From the NCBI GenBank assembly GCA_963693365.1, contig CAVNZM010000004.1, positions 8,655,093 through 8,719,092 of the forward strand: DNA of 64,000 nucleotides, in the 5' to 3' direction. The first letter of the stretch is position 1; the number at the start of each line of letters is the position of its first letter. Made by a program: the position numbers and the translations under genes. This document shows positions 1-41,830 of this stretch, piece by piece. The notes under the pieces were generated by a model. It was not told the DNA's origin. It saw nothing but the letters and a program-made list of their open reading frames with translations, and did not search any database. The DNA is from Amoebidium appalachense. Its lineage: Eukaryota > Protista > Ichthyosporea.

Positions 1-70
1 AACCCCACCGCTTCCTTTACTCGTCCACCCTTCTCCCTTATCCCCCACCTTTCCCTTCCCCCTTCCTTCC

Positions 71-112
<42 letters not shown>

Positions 113-123
113 ACCCCATGCAG

Positions 124-29376
<29,253 letters not shown>

Positions 29377-29535
29377 TTCCGTAACTGCCTCATAAGTTTT
29401 AATGCGGGAATCATAAAGTTTTCGATGTCTTTTTTACAATTATTATAGCAAGAATGAATAGAAACCATCGGTTTACCAGAGTAATATATTTGAGCAAGTG
29501 TTCTTTATGATGCTATAGAGTTGCGCAGGGGACAT

Positions 29536-29569
<34 letters not shown>

Positions 29570-29678
29570 CGATCGTGCGAACCTGGTGATCTATCAATCC
29601 GATGTGTGGTAGCTTATTTAGAGTTTCTTCGTTTTGGCTATCTCTCTCCTCTCCCCCCCCCCCCCCCCCCCCCCCCAG

Positions 29679-29711
<33 letters not shown>

Positions 29712-30346
29712 CACATGCCTTATACCCAACACACATCATCAAGTTGCTTTGAATGTTCTGAATGAAATTACGTATTGGTGTAGCGCCATGCCGTCTTGCG
29801 TTGGTATTGGCAGATCTAGAGCGACCGTGGCCACATGATGCGAAAAACATGAACGGTTGAAACAGATTTATCATTAGAAGAGGCATGGTGTTTCGTTTTT
29901 TTTTTTGGACATGGTGTGCATGTCGGGTAGCACGTGTGAATTGAAATTTAGTGATACATAGTTTTCGTCTCACATGGCATGAATGAATGAATGAATGACA
30001 AGTTTAGTTGGATTTAGATAGTACTACTAGTAGTATTGATAAGGCCTAAGTGAACACTGCGATTTCAACAATGACGCAAGTAAAACAGGATGATAATTCA
30101 TCTGTGATGATTATAACAATAATTATCATAATCAAATATAATTCACTAACTTTATCGCGCATATCCATGTCACGCTCAGTTACTAACGTCAAACATAAAA
30201 TAAAAATGCATCCCGAATTCAACGGCGTGTTCACCCAAACCAGTTGGCAGCCTGTTACTTTGATCCATGTTTTTTTTGTTTTTTTTTGTATCAGTTTGAT
30301 CGGGCCTGGGCACCAGGGTGGGTGGATGGTTGAAGGGTGTGTGTGT

Positions 30347-30386
<40 letters not shown>

Positions 30387-30464
30387 GAGGGGGGGGGGGG
30401 GGGTGGGGGGGAGAGGGGCCTGTGTGGGGGGTAGGGGTAGGGAGGGGAGGGGGGGTTGTGTGAC

Positions 30465-30496
<32 letters not shown>

Positions 30497-30520
30497 GGTG
30501 TGGGTGGGTGTGTGTGTGTA

Positions 30521-30610
<90 letters not shown>

Positions 30611-30719
30611 CACGTGTGTGGGTGCATGCCCATACATACTCTGTTCGGGGGCCGCACATTCTCTCAGTCATAGATATTAATCCACTGTCCTTTCAAATCA
30701 ACCATGTATGTTAGCTTAG

Positions 30720-30868
30720 CCAATAGTACCGGAGCACTCTAGCTAGAGTACTGTCGGTGCTGGGTGGAAGACGGTAGTCCCCCTGAGGGCCCAAGAGGTC
30801 CCTCAGGGAACAAAACGGGATATTAAAAATAATAATAATAATAAAAATAAAATAAAATAAAAAACTTT
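30720..30868 (+). repeat. Dispersed ~150-bp repeat, copy 1 (inverted relative to 37085-37230)
   Basis: Shares the blocks ctagctagagta, gctgggtggaagacg and gggaacaaaacggga(t)tatt plus an A-rich tract with the reverse complement of 37085-37230. Confidence 0.7.
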
Positions 30869-31260
30869 CAAATCACTGGCAAACCTAGCCTCTGGCTTCA
30901 TCTTCTCACTGTTTCTGGTTAAATTTTGGATCTGAAAGCGTGCTTTCCTTCAGGTTGCAACCCCAATATTGTCCACCTATCAAGGACTGGGCCCAATGCC
31001 CTCTGCCAAAATGCCATCCCAGTACTGGTGTATGAACATACAGTCATGGCTAACCATGATGATATAGCGACACTCGAGTGATCACAACCAACCCCCCTCC
31101 CCCCTCCCCCCCCCCCCCCCGCCCCCCCGCCCCCCTCCCCCCCCCCTCCTTCCCTCCCTTCCCCCTCCCTAGGGCCTTCCCCGTTCCTCCCCCCCAGCCT
31201 GTACACAGCCCCCCTCGGACCCCTCCTCCCCTCCTTTCCCCCTCCCTCAACCTGGCCCCC

Positions 31261-31292
<32 letters not shown>

Positions 31293-31465
31293 TTCTCCCC
31301 CTCAGCTCTCTGGAAGGTGGCCAGTGAGTGGATGTTTGTGTGTGTGTGTGGTGGTGTGTGTGTGTGGGGGGGGGGAGGGGGGGGGGGGGGGGGGGGGGGA
31401 AGGGAGGGAGGGAGAGGGAGGGAGCTGAGTGGACGTGGGCGTGTGGGGAAGCCGCTGAGGGGGCC

Positions 31466-31498
<33 letters not shown>

Positions 31499-31812
31499 GG
31501 GGGGGGGGAAGCGGGGGAGATTGAGTGTTCACAATATTATCTATGATGCATATGGGTGGGCGGGCGGCTCACTGAATTCACGGCTATGCATATGATGTGT
31601 AGCAGCGCTGCTCAGTGACGTTCACTGCCGTTAATCACGTGTGGCATGCAGTGGGGAACTCTTTGTTTTAATTACTTGAAAATAATGTGCGCGTGGATGA
31701 CGTCGAAGGGTGTGTGAACCTGTGCGTGTCTGTGCACGTGTGTGTGTGTGTGTGTGTGTGCCACAGTGTGTGTGAGAGAGAGTGTGTGTGTGTGCCACCA
31801 CTGGTGTGTGTG

Positions 31813-31861
<49 letters not shown>

Positions 31862-32707
31862 GTGCGTGTGTGTGCGTGTGTCACATGATGCATGTGTCAC
31901 TACGGTATGTCGTCAAGTAACTTGAGCGCACGTTCGGCGAATGGGATGGGGCATTTGGCAAGGGCTCGATTTCAACTTGATACGTGCATGCAGGCAGCGA
32001 GAGGCAGTAGGGGTTTACGCTGTTTACTCGAGGCAAAGAGAACCAGTCTCAGGTATGGGGGGGGGGGTTTTTGCTCGGAATATCCCCTCAGCGGTATATC
32101 ATGATCACGTACATAGATGTCGGGTGGTGACTATATATCAGGGTTTACTTTCTCTACGAGACACCATAAAGACTACAAGGAGAAATCAATTAGTTGGGGT
32201 TCCCCGTTTTTAGTATAAAATCAAGGATGTTGTAATTTACAGGTAGGCTATCTTTCTGGGTGTCTGTTGTGAATGTGACGTGTGTGTGTTGCGGTATTAT
32301 GTGGTCTATCAAACTACATTTGGCGATACATGACCGGTTAAACTGGTGTGTGTGTGTGTTGTTTGGGCATGCAAATGATGCCACCTTATACTTATTAGAT
32401 CTCCACTGTATAGCACGTGTACAGTAAAAGCGTGGTAATTGATCAATAATACCATCAGCTAGAGAAAGACCAGTTCTACAGGAAGGTAATATGTATTTAG
32501 GTGTTATACACTTGCGAGTGCCATATTTGGCAATATGGTTGAGGCGGTCAGTATATATAAAACGAGACATAAGGCTTAGTTTTTCAAGGTGTATGCTTTC
32601 ATCGGGTCTAGCACTAGTGTCGTGTGGTATCTTTTTCCATTTGTTATATTGCGTGATTATCTCATTGCGGAAAGTCACGTGAGCTCCCACGTATCATACG
32701 GCCCGAA

Positions 32708-33019
32708 CATGATACGTATGCCAGCATCACTATAGACTAAGTTGCAAATAATTTGCAAATAATTGCATCATTAACTCAGTACAGTTAACCAGGTTAAAAG
32801 ATCATCCGCCATGAAGCACGTGCTTGTGTGCACCATTATGCCACCATCAGATTGTGATGGCCCCCTGCACTGCCTTCAAATCCATACACGGCCTTAAAAA
32901 TGTTGTTTTCAGTGCCACCCAATGATCGTTTAACCTGGTTAACTGTACTGAGTTAATGTTGCAATTATTTGCAATTTATTTGCAACTTAGTCAATAGTGA
33001 TGCTGGCATACGTATTATG
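32708..33019. mobile_element. MITE-like element with ~105-bp terminal inverted repeats
   Basis: atacgtatgccagcatcactatagactaagttgcaaata...gtacagttaaccaggttaaa (32712-32800) pairs with tttaacctggttaactgtac...tgatgctggcatacgtat (32929-33015); non-coding ~110-bp core. Confidence 0.8.
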
Positions 33020-34807
33020 CATATGCAGTTGCACTGGCATCATGAATCCCTCCACGGCGTCGCTGAGTCACTGACAAGTTGAATCAGCCGCTCCAGCGAG
33101 CAAAGAGCTCTCAGGCTGTCACTACAGGCTACGCGTAATAGTTCTTCCTTTTTATATTTCAACGGTTTTGTAAGGGGACTGTGGACAACAAGTGCAAAAA
33201 CGTGCAAGTGGAAGTTCCGCCATGCATGCCTGCATGATTGTTAGCAGTGACACGAGTTGATAGTGAATTTAATGGCATTGTTTTCATGTGTGCACTGCCC
33301 AGTGCGCCTACTAAATCGACGAATGAGCCGCGAATTCTTGCCAATTTGGCATTGGCAATGGCCCATGCATACCATGGGCATCGCATGAGGCGGATATAAT
33401 ATGGCATCATATGTGGCCTGAAATCAACTTGATTCCATTCAACTTGAACTTCGGCACCGGCAGTGGCCAGTGGCACCGCTTGCGGGCCGCAGCCGTTCGT
33501 GAGCTCACGTGAGCACATGTTGGTGTCTTGCTTCTTGCAATTAGCCGACAGGAGATTTCTCCAGCCTAAGGTGGTCTTAAGTTTTAGGAGATAATTCTGC
33601 TCCATGAAGGTGGTGTTGTGTATATAAAATCAGTTGCCACGATATATAACTGTATGACGGTGACGGGAAGCCTCGTGACCCCGAACGTGCACCATATTTT
33701 TCAACCATGATATGCATGCATGGCTTCAACTTATTTCACAGAATTCACCTCAGAATTCATGCATGGCGTTTTCATGAACTGAAAAAGGCGGTGAACTGTA
33801 CATACGGCGGCTTTTTTTCCAGTGTCAGCGGGCAAATAAATAATAAATTTCCCCTTTGAAATTTTCCTCCTCTATATTATTCTGGGCGTGGAAGGCGTGG
33901 TTCCGTTTTCTACATAATAGAAGGTTTCAAGGCCTATTTCTAAAGACCTCCAATCAGCCCCTCGGCATGCAACATATTGGCCGGCGCGCCGAAAACGTCA
34001 CCCCTGAGGGCGCTTTAAAAACTTTAGTCAGAAACATTGAAAAGTATAGTAAATCTAAATGCGAGCGATTCGTAAATGTCAAAGCACGAGTCAATCTGTT
34101 TTAATTATGCATTGCGGTTAAATAGCTGTTTTATAAGTCTTTAATGAGTGGCTTTTTAAAACAAATTTAAATTCAAATTTGTGCTACTACATCTACATCG
34201 ATCTAAATCGGTTTGACGACCAAATGAGACAAAACGAGATCGCATGTTGAATACATTGTGGCTTTGACAGGATAATCAGTGATCATGGTAAGAGTTATGC
34301 AAGTACATAATGCAAGGGTTGATCACTTCGAAGCCCCACATGTACACATGTCCAGTAGTGTGACACGTTTAAACAAACGGTCCGTCCAACACGTTGTCAC
34401 AGACGGTTAGTCTACTTGTCATTTTGGGCATTTCGCCCCATTCAATGCTTGTCTGCTCTAACATCCACAAGGACAAAAAGCAAAAAGGCCTCTTGACTGC
34501 TCGTATCAAACAATCCGTGTGAAAACACCCAGAGGGTATACTACAGTGCTATATCGTAACACAGTCTCGATTTCCACTGCGACGTGCCATCTCAGGTTAC
34601 CAACGCGGACTCAGCAGGCACCCGAAGGGCCTTAGCACTTATAACGTTAAACTTTCCATATTATACTCACCTATAACAGCTATACATAGCAGCGGTGGTA
34701 GTCAGTCTCACCTTGTTGAGCTCAGCGTGACTTTGCTCTGCACATGCACACAGCTGTTCAGAAGTTTCACTGTTATTCCTCAGGCGCAGCCAGATTCCGA
34801 CTCGGAG

Positions 34808-35815
34808 ATGTGTGCATACCTAACAGCGAAGAAGAGCCAAAGTGGCCAGGCGGCCGCGGCATACCCACCACTTGCAGGTTTCCTTCAGTCTATGTCGCCA
34901 TACCCCCTGTGTGCACATTGTCCCGCCAATGACCTCTCCAGCTTTCTCTACAACATGCTCGGCAAGCTGGCCATCAACCACGGCCTACTAGTAGTGGGCC
35001 TCAACTATGCGCAGCGGATTGTTACATCCCATGCCCATTTACCAAATGCACAAAAACACCGCAAGCAATGTGATGGTGCCGCCGATCTTCCAAACGGACA
35101 CAACATGCCATCAGATTCTACAGACGACGAACAATACCACGTTAATGCCCCCGCCGCGACGGTGGGCAGGCCGGGGTTGGCTTGTGGGCATTGCTTGGCC
35201 GTGTCCTGCCTCGTTTTGGCGGGAAAATACTTGGAGGATAACCACCGGCCTTCTTACCGCCTTTGGATGTTAGCGTCGCAACTTCCGCATGATAGACTGA
35301 AGAGTATTGAGCTCGAGGCACTGTGCGCACTAGACTTTAGCCTTCACATCTCGCAAGATGAGTTCTGGCTGCTGTGCAAAGGGTACGAAACAGACCCTGC
35401 CGTCCTCTCCTGGCACTATGTGTCGAGGTTAAATCTCAATACCGAGGCTCATGACAGAGTGGCACAGGTACACCTACCCTCCTTTGCACAGAATCAACAT
35501 AACACCAAGCCACTCATGGACACACCGCCAAATACGCCGCCAACGCCTGCAACGTCAACACAAGCGCCCTCCCCACCCTCACCTCCACACACCGCTCCGG
35601 AAGCGGCACTGCCTGGAGAAAGAGAAAATCCCGCTATCCGCGTCGGAAAAAGGCCTTTGGCGCATGGTGTTGAGGTTAGTCTTGGAGAGGAGAGAAATTG
35701 TGATGGATGGGAGAAGGAACAAGGTTCATCTGCACGTGTGAGTGGGTGGGAGCCAGAAACAAAGAAAAGGCGTGTGTCACATGCGGTATCAGTACCTCGG
35801 CCCAGTCCATTATGA
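34808..35815 (+). CDS. Pho80/Pcl-family (PHO85/CDK5-type) cyclin, intronless CDS
   Basis: ORF 34727-35815, first ATG at 34808. Cyclin-box motifs: LSSFLYNML..LLVVGLNYAQRI, CLAVSCLVLAGKYLEDNH...WMLASQLPHDRLKSIELEALCALDFSLHISQDEF. Pro/Thr/Ser-rich tail with TP/SP sites and KKRR. A possible upstream acceptor (cctcag at ~34783) leaves the start uncertain. Confidence 0.8.
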   Translation: MCAYLTAKKSQSGQAAAAYPPLAGFLQSMSPYPLCAHCPANDLSSFLYNMLGKLAINHGLLVVGLNYAQRIVTSHAHLPNAQKHRKQCDGAADLPNGHNMPSDSTDDEQYHVNAPAATVGRPGLACGHCLAVSCLVLAGKYLEDNHRPSYRLWMLASQLPHDRLKSIELEALCALDFSLHISQDEFWLLCKGYETDPAVLSWHYVSRLNLNTEAHDRVAQVHLPSFAQNQHNTKPLMDTPPNTPPTPATSTQAPSPPSPPHTAPEAALPGERENPAIRVGKRPLAHGVEVSLGEERNCDGWEKEQGSSARVSGWEPETKKRRVSHAVSVPRPSPL

Positions 35816-37084
35816 TCATTATTTGGCAGTGTGTCTTATTCTTGCTTGATTCAAGTTTAAAATTGACGAGTTGATAATTGATATTGTGCATATACATAGA
35901 TAGGACGAATAGTGGCAGTATCTTCATATACTGAGCTAATCAGAATATTCATGATATGTTGACTCTAATTTTCCGAATAACGTGAACGGTTGTTAAACAT
36001 GCACGTACTCAAAATAATGATTAGTGCTTGTATCCGACGCTTTGGTTGCTGTAAGCGACACTATTCTATGCCACGGTTGAATCAGAAAAAGTTTATTTCT
36101 CGTGAGGAACGCCGTAGTACGGCTGTGTCCAACAATGTCTCTTAATGGAGCTTCTTGTAGAAACTCTGGAGTGCCACGGTGACTGTACATGTAACTGTGC
36201 TCTGTGTCCATATGAAACACTTCATTATCAAATCAAAATCCCCTTGTTAATACTGAGAGAACTCTGGATGCAACAGGTACATACTGCTGAAGGAGCGATT
36301 AAGCTACCAGATGATCATCATACTCAGTTACGGTTGTTATCTGATAAGAGAATACCGCTGCTGGTAATACACTGTGCTGCTGCTCTCAAGTCACCTCGAT
36401 TTTCTTATCTATTTATAATAATGAAGGATTGGCTAGGATTCAATGTCCCGACAGCCTGCCCAGCGTTAAATCCTGAGATAGACCTGCTTGTGATTGGATC
36501 CGCGGCTATGACGTATGACATGGGCCGCATGGGGTTCACACAAAGAACGTTCATTAGACAACCGCTACAAAACTTAAAAACACTAATGTAATTAGTGCAC
36601 GACGTCAAAAGCTCGGAAGTTTTATAGAAAAATATTGATATATTAACAGGTAACACATTATGTATTTTTTAACAGGTAACACATTATGTATTTTTTAGCC
36701 ACAAATGAATCAACATCAAATCAACATCACCAACAAGTGTCAGGTTCTGCATTGATGATAAATATGATGACGGTTGATTAATTTCTATGTTGCACACCCA
36801 ACATGAAAGTAGTGCCACTTGGCCTTTTAAGTTTTCACTTTTTGAGATGCCAGCATTGAGACCATGAATATTAAGCTTATGAAACATTGTTTGAACCTGA
36901 CCATCTAAATATACCATGCCCAAGTGCTGCTGGTTTTAATACACAACGGTAGCAGTTACCTATATGTGATACTTTTGCCCCTTCATATCATTGCCCGCCG
37001 ACTTTTGAACTTGGACTCGGCATACTTGGTGTCGCACCGGGCCTTGAATACATAGTACATATCAGTACACTTTTTTTTTTCAAA

Positions 37085-37230
37085 ACTTTTTTTTTTTTTT
37101 AATTAAGTTTTCAATAATCCCGTTTTGTTCCCGGAGCGGACCCCCAAGAGAGCCTCTACCGTACGCGTCTTCCACCCAGCCCCAACTACTGTATACATAC
37201 TCTAGCTAGGGTGCTATGGTGCAGTATTAG
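37085..37230 (-). repeat. Dispersed ~150-bp repeat, copy 2 (inverted relative to 30720-30868)
   Basis: Reverse complement reads agcaccctagctagagta...gctgggtggaagacg...gggaacaaaacgggattattgaaaa, then poly-A. Confidence 0.7.
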
Positions 37231-37349
37231 TACCCCGGGTCATTCAGGATTCAGATAATTTAAATATCGTGTCACTGAAGATACTTGCTATTTTTTTGAG
37301 GAGAATTAAGATTCTAAGGGCTACCGAGGTTGGGGGGAAAATGAGATAA

Positions 37350-37381
<32 letters not shown>

Positions 37382-37390
37382 AGAGGGGGG

Positions 37391-40300
37391 TGTCGTATAG
37401 CTGTGCCCTTCGGCCGTGCAGGAAGGTCATCGATCGTCCGAGACTCGGCGTGTGTGTGTGATCATTGTAAGACGGACCCGCACGTAGTGCCGGGCCGCTT
37501 ACGAGTGTGTGGATCTATCATACGAGTGCCTACTAGTGGTTGCACCAGAGGTATAAATGTCCAGTGCGCCCACACTCTCGGACAGATTGAAATCGAGCAC
37601 CGCACGGTCACAGTCTGAGTACGAGAGGGAGTGGAACCACAGCAAAGGCCTCACACGACTGCACTATTAAATATGCACCTGAACCGTGTACTTGGCCCAA
37701 GTGTCCCACCTACTCACGCCTCACATCTCCGAAAACGGTACCATTTCACATACATCTCACATTGGCGTCCGCTAGGATTGCATTTCACTCAGCCTTACAC
37801 CGAACCAGCCACTTGGCAGTGAAAAACTTTCGGAGCTCACGAGTAATGCAAAACCTGCCTCGTTCTCTCATCCTCCGGGAAGGAGACTAAAACTTGTTGT
37901 ATTCACAACAAACAGCGTATTCACGCTCCGCCATACCGGGGTCACAATGACCACCGTGGCAAACCAAAACTAAACAACTGCAACTCCTGACAAAGCACGA
38001 GCTGCTCGGGAACTCAACACAGAACGTAGTCATATATACGATAGCTTTTTACCTATTACTGTTGCAAATTTGTGTTGTGCAAAGCAGACTCAATCCGCGT
38101 GCTTCGCACGTCCAAAGATCTTTGTGCTCCAAACGCACACTGAGCTCGAGTACGCTAGGCCTGTACGCTGGTCAACTTGCACACAGTGATCTCTGAACAA
38201 ACACATCACAGATGTAAAAGCATAACGGTTTCAAATTGCACAAAAATCACCAAAACGGTGCCACGATTGGTTTCACACCACCAACTGTACAAAACGTTTT
38301 TCTCCAACACAAGGATATGTGCTTGCAGTTCAAACACGCAACACAAAACGTTTTGACTCCAGAAGCACGGCCATCTAGAAACACCAGTGTTTCTAGATGG
38401 CCGTGCTCCAGCAGTCACTCATGGTTCACACGATTATGATGTGCAACAGTCAGATGCCAACACTTTATTTTTGAGCAGTCTCAAGTCGATGGCCACGACT
38501 AGAGCAGGCGGAAAACGCATCCCTGCCTGAGTAAAAAAAATATGCTGTCTAATACACACATATAGCACACAGGAAACAACTTTACCTTCGAAGCTTCGTG
38601 TTGGCAAACCCGCGGCGCCCAGGCAAACGAGCTCCGTTGGTGCGCGATCAACCAATCCAGATGGGCGACCAATCAGGCGCTACTGCATGCTGATTACAGC
38701 AGCCGGTCCGGATTTTAGGCATAAGGAACGCGTCCGATGCCTAATCTACCGGCAAGGCAAGGGTCAGTAGCCGCCAGCACTATATATGTTTCGAAAACAT
38801 AAAAGGTTTGCATATCATGTGCATTTTCTATGTCAAAGTGGCGCTAGGCAGGCAATTATTGCTGTGTCTCGACATTCTAAGTGGACATGTTCGGCACAGA
38901 TCTCTGCCTAAAGCCCATAGCAAAACGGCATAACTAAAATATGACTGTTACCCAATCGCGTGCTAGCGGTCGGCTGCGAACCATGACGTGCTTGAGTTGA
39001 GAAGCTCCTCTTGTACGAAGTGTTGTGTGGCACGGCTTCACTTTGTCAGAACCGTTCACAATAAAGCACAACATCACTTGTGCACGTGTAATAATAAACA
39101 CACATACGGTTGTTTAATCATTCCTGAATTAACAATCGTGCCCACTTGCTAGAAGCATCGTTCATCTGCTCATGCAAATGGCACCCGGTTTTGCTCAACC
39201 AAACACGCAAGGAATGAACAAATGCGCCATTTCCAAAATGCGTGTAAAGATGGAAACCTGGCATGCAGTCTCGCAAGCTGCAAGCCATCCAAAAAAACCC
39301 TTCCAAGGTTAACCATCAAGCCCATCATCTGAAACGAATGCAAACACAAACGTGTATACAACTTCGTGTTAGCCCTCATGGATCGTATGATGGTTGATGC
39401 GAAAGTTGAACCAGAATGATGTGAGCACAAATTTTAGTGTTGCCCAACCCATGGCGCCTAAAAGAGCAACATAGGGGCATTTCGACTACTAAAAAGTCAT
39501 CCTGTCACTAAAATACACCAGGGAGAAATTGTGGCAGCAAATCAGGAAAATCACCCATCTGAATGAGAAACTCATGGCCATAATTTGGGTACTTACGTAC
39601 GACACACGTACAAGGGCACACGAGTCAAAGTGCTGAAGATGCCACTCAACCCGAAACTGGGTTTGGGGCCACGCTTGTCGCAGCAAGAGTCGGTTAACGC
39701 AACGATCTCTTGCTACCTCATCGGTGACTGGCACAAGGTGACTGAAATCCTCCCTTTGTCAACACTAAGTTAATCACACACGGTGTTTGGCACACACGTG
39801 AACTACATGTGTAAAACACAGAAGTATCACGACTCCTTTTATGCTCTTGAGAAAACGCTTGCCTAAAGTACTTGCTATTTCTCACTTTGAGTCTAATATT
39901 AATACACCATACACTCCGCCACTGAGGTCAGGCAGTTGGTTGTGCCAGGAGTTAATGGTTGTTTCACAGACAAAAACCGAACACACAGCTGTTACATCTT
40001 ATATGCATGAACGGTGATAAATTTAAAAGGAGTGTACGCTCAAGTGTGCACGCACAGAGTTAAAACACACAACGGTATTACCAGTTCCCGAATGCATATG
40101 AAACGTGTGGTTTTTTTGTCTATTTGGCCTACTTGACCTCGACTTGCGCAAAGGTTGAAAACCCCACAGTTGGCCGTGGGCAGTGTTTGTATCGACCAAC
40201 CAGGCAGAAAAGAAACAGAAAACAAAAGCGAAAAAAAAAAGTACTGCCGAATGCTCTTGGTTCAAACACTGAAAGGGTCCGGTTCTAGGTTGTGTCCCGG

Positions 40301-41077
40301 TTCCCATTCACGTTTTATCGGTGTCGTAATCTCTTACACCGCAGTCAGTGCCTTATCCAAACAAACATAACCATCAAAAGCGTCCCTTAGTTTTATAAAA
40401 CTAAACTCCTTTGTTTGATCTAAGGGAGGGGGAATGTAAGACGGACCCGCACGTAGTGCCGGGCCGCTTACGAGTGTGTGGATCTATCATACGAGTGCCT
40501 AATTGCTGACCAATTAGTGGTTGCACGAGAGGTATAAATACCCAGTGCGCCCACACTCTCGGACAGATTGAAATCGAGTACCGCACGGTCACAGTCTGAG
40601 TACGAGAGTGAGTGGAACCACAGCAAAGGCCTCACACGACTGCACTATTAAAGATGCACCTGAACCGTGTACTTGGCCCAAGTGTCCCACCTACTCACAC
40701 CTCACATCTCCAACCGCGGTACCATCTCACATTCATCTCACATCATGCAGCGTGAGAGCTATCCTGCCTGTGAAGTGCGTATCTTGAGTATTGACTCTGT
40801 ATTTGGATTGAATAGTCGAACCTCTTTTGTCGATTGGTAGACTAGACTAAGTGAGCTGAGCTGATTGGCTGGGTACCAACGTAGTGGGTAGCAGCCAGGG
40901 TATATAAAGTAGGGGGGCTCTTTTGCCAGTAACAACAACACTTAGCTGGCATCACTGCCGATGTAAGTAGACACGCTAGAGCTCAGTAGTGTGCGGGTTG
41001 GGGCTAGCTTGAAGCCGTCCATCAACCCCCCTTCATGATTATCATATACACACGCAGCACATAGTGACGATACAACA
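37391..41077 (+). mobile_element. Older solo LTR (~410 bp; 37391-37465 plus 40747-41077) split by the nested LTR element
   Basis: Begins TGTCGTAT and ends ATACAACA (7/8 inverted terminal match, TG...CA). Internal ATTGG and TATATAAAG at ~40864-40909. Flanks GGGGG/GGGAG approximate a TSD inside a G-run. Confidence 0.55.
37466..40742 (+). mobile_element. Non-autonomous or decayed LTR retrotransposon (LTRs 37466-37761 and 40435-40742)
   Basis: Two ~300-bp direct repeats TGTAAGACGGACCC...CATCTCACA. 4-bp TSD TCAT (37462-37465 and 40743-40746). PBS-like TTGGCGTCCGCTAGGAT follows the 5' LTR; polypurine tract AAGGGAGGGGGGAA (40421-40434) precedes the 3' LTR. No long ORF in the 2.7-kb interior. Confidence 0.9.
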
Positions 41078-41640
41078 GGGAGGGAGGGGGGGGGGGGGGG
41101 GGGAGGAGGAGGAGGGGAGGATTCGGAGGAGGGACTGTGGCGGCTTCCCTATTTAGTCTAGCATTATTATTATCAGGCTGTGGCACAAGAAAAGCCCTTC
41201 AACAGCAAATATTTCTTTCAGGCTGATTATCTTTGAAGTCCTCCGAAGGCTTATGCTTTCAACGGTTACTAATCAAAAGACCCAAAAGTCAATGTGTCTG
41301 TGTGTCACGGTGTGTGTGTGGGGGGAGGGGGGGGGGGGGGGGGGGGGGGTTGAATCATTGTGGGTGAGTGTTCTGTCCTTTTGTGTGTATGTGTGTTTGG
41401 TGGTTATTTGTGTGTGTGTGCTTGTGCGAGTGTGTGCAACCGGCTAAGAAACAGTGAAACGGTTTACACTGAGTGGACCCACGGTGCCCGCACACGTTTC
41501 TTAAATAATACTCCCTGGCTTTTTGCGTTTAGTTTCTGTGCGACAGTGTGTGCATATATCTGTGTGTGCATTTATATTTGGGGTTCGTTTGTCACTGGGT
41601 GTGTTTGTGTGTGTGTGGTGTGTGTGCACACTTGTGTATA

Positions 41641-41735
<95 letters not shown>

Positions 41736-41799
41736 CGCGCGTGCGCGTGTGTGTGTGTCCGTGTCACGGTGCACGGTGTGTGTGCACTCCCCCTCCCCC

Positions 41800-41830
<31 letters not shown>

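Noticed and set aside
33159-33605. 148-aa minus-strand ORF (and the 148-aa ORF at 36145-36591) as genes or transposase remnants
   Set aside because: No recognisable motifs or codon bias; cannot be supported from sequence alone.
36644-36696. Exact ~26-bp direct duplication (taacaggtaacacattatgtatttttt)
   Set aside because: A simple local tandem duplication with no further structure.
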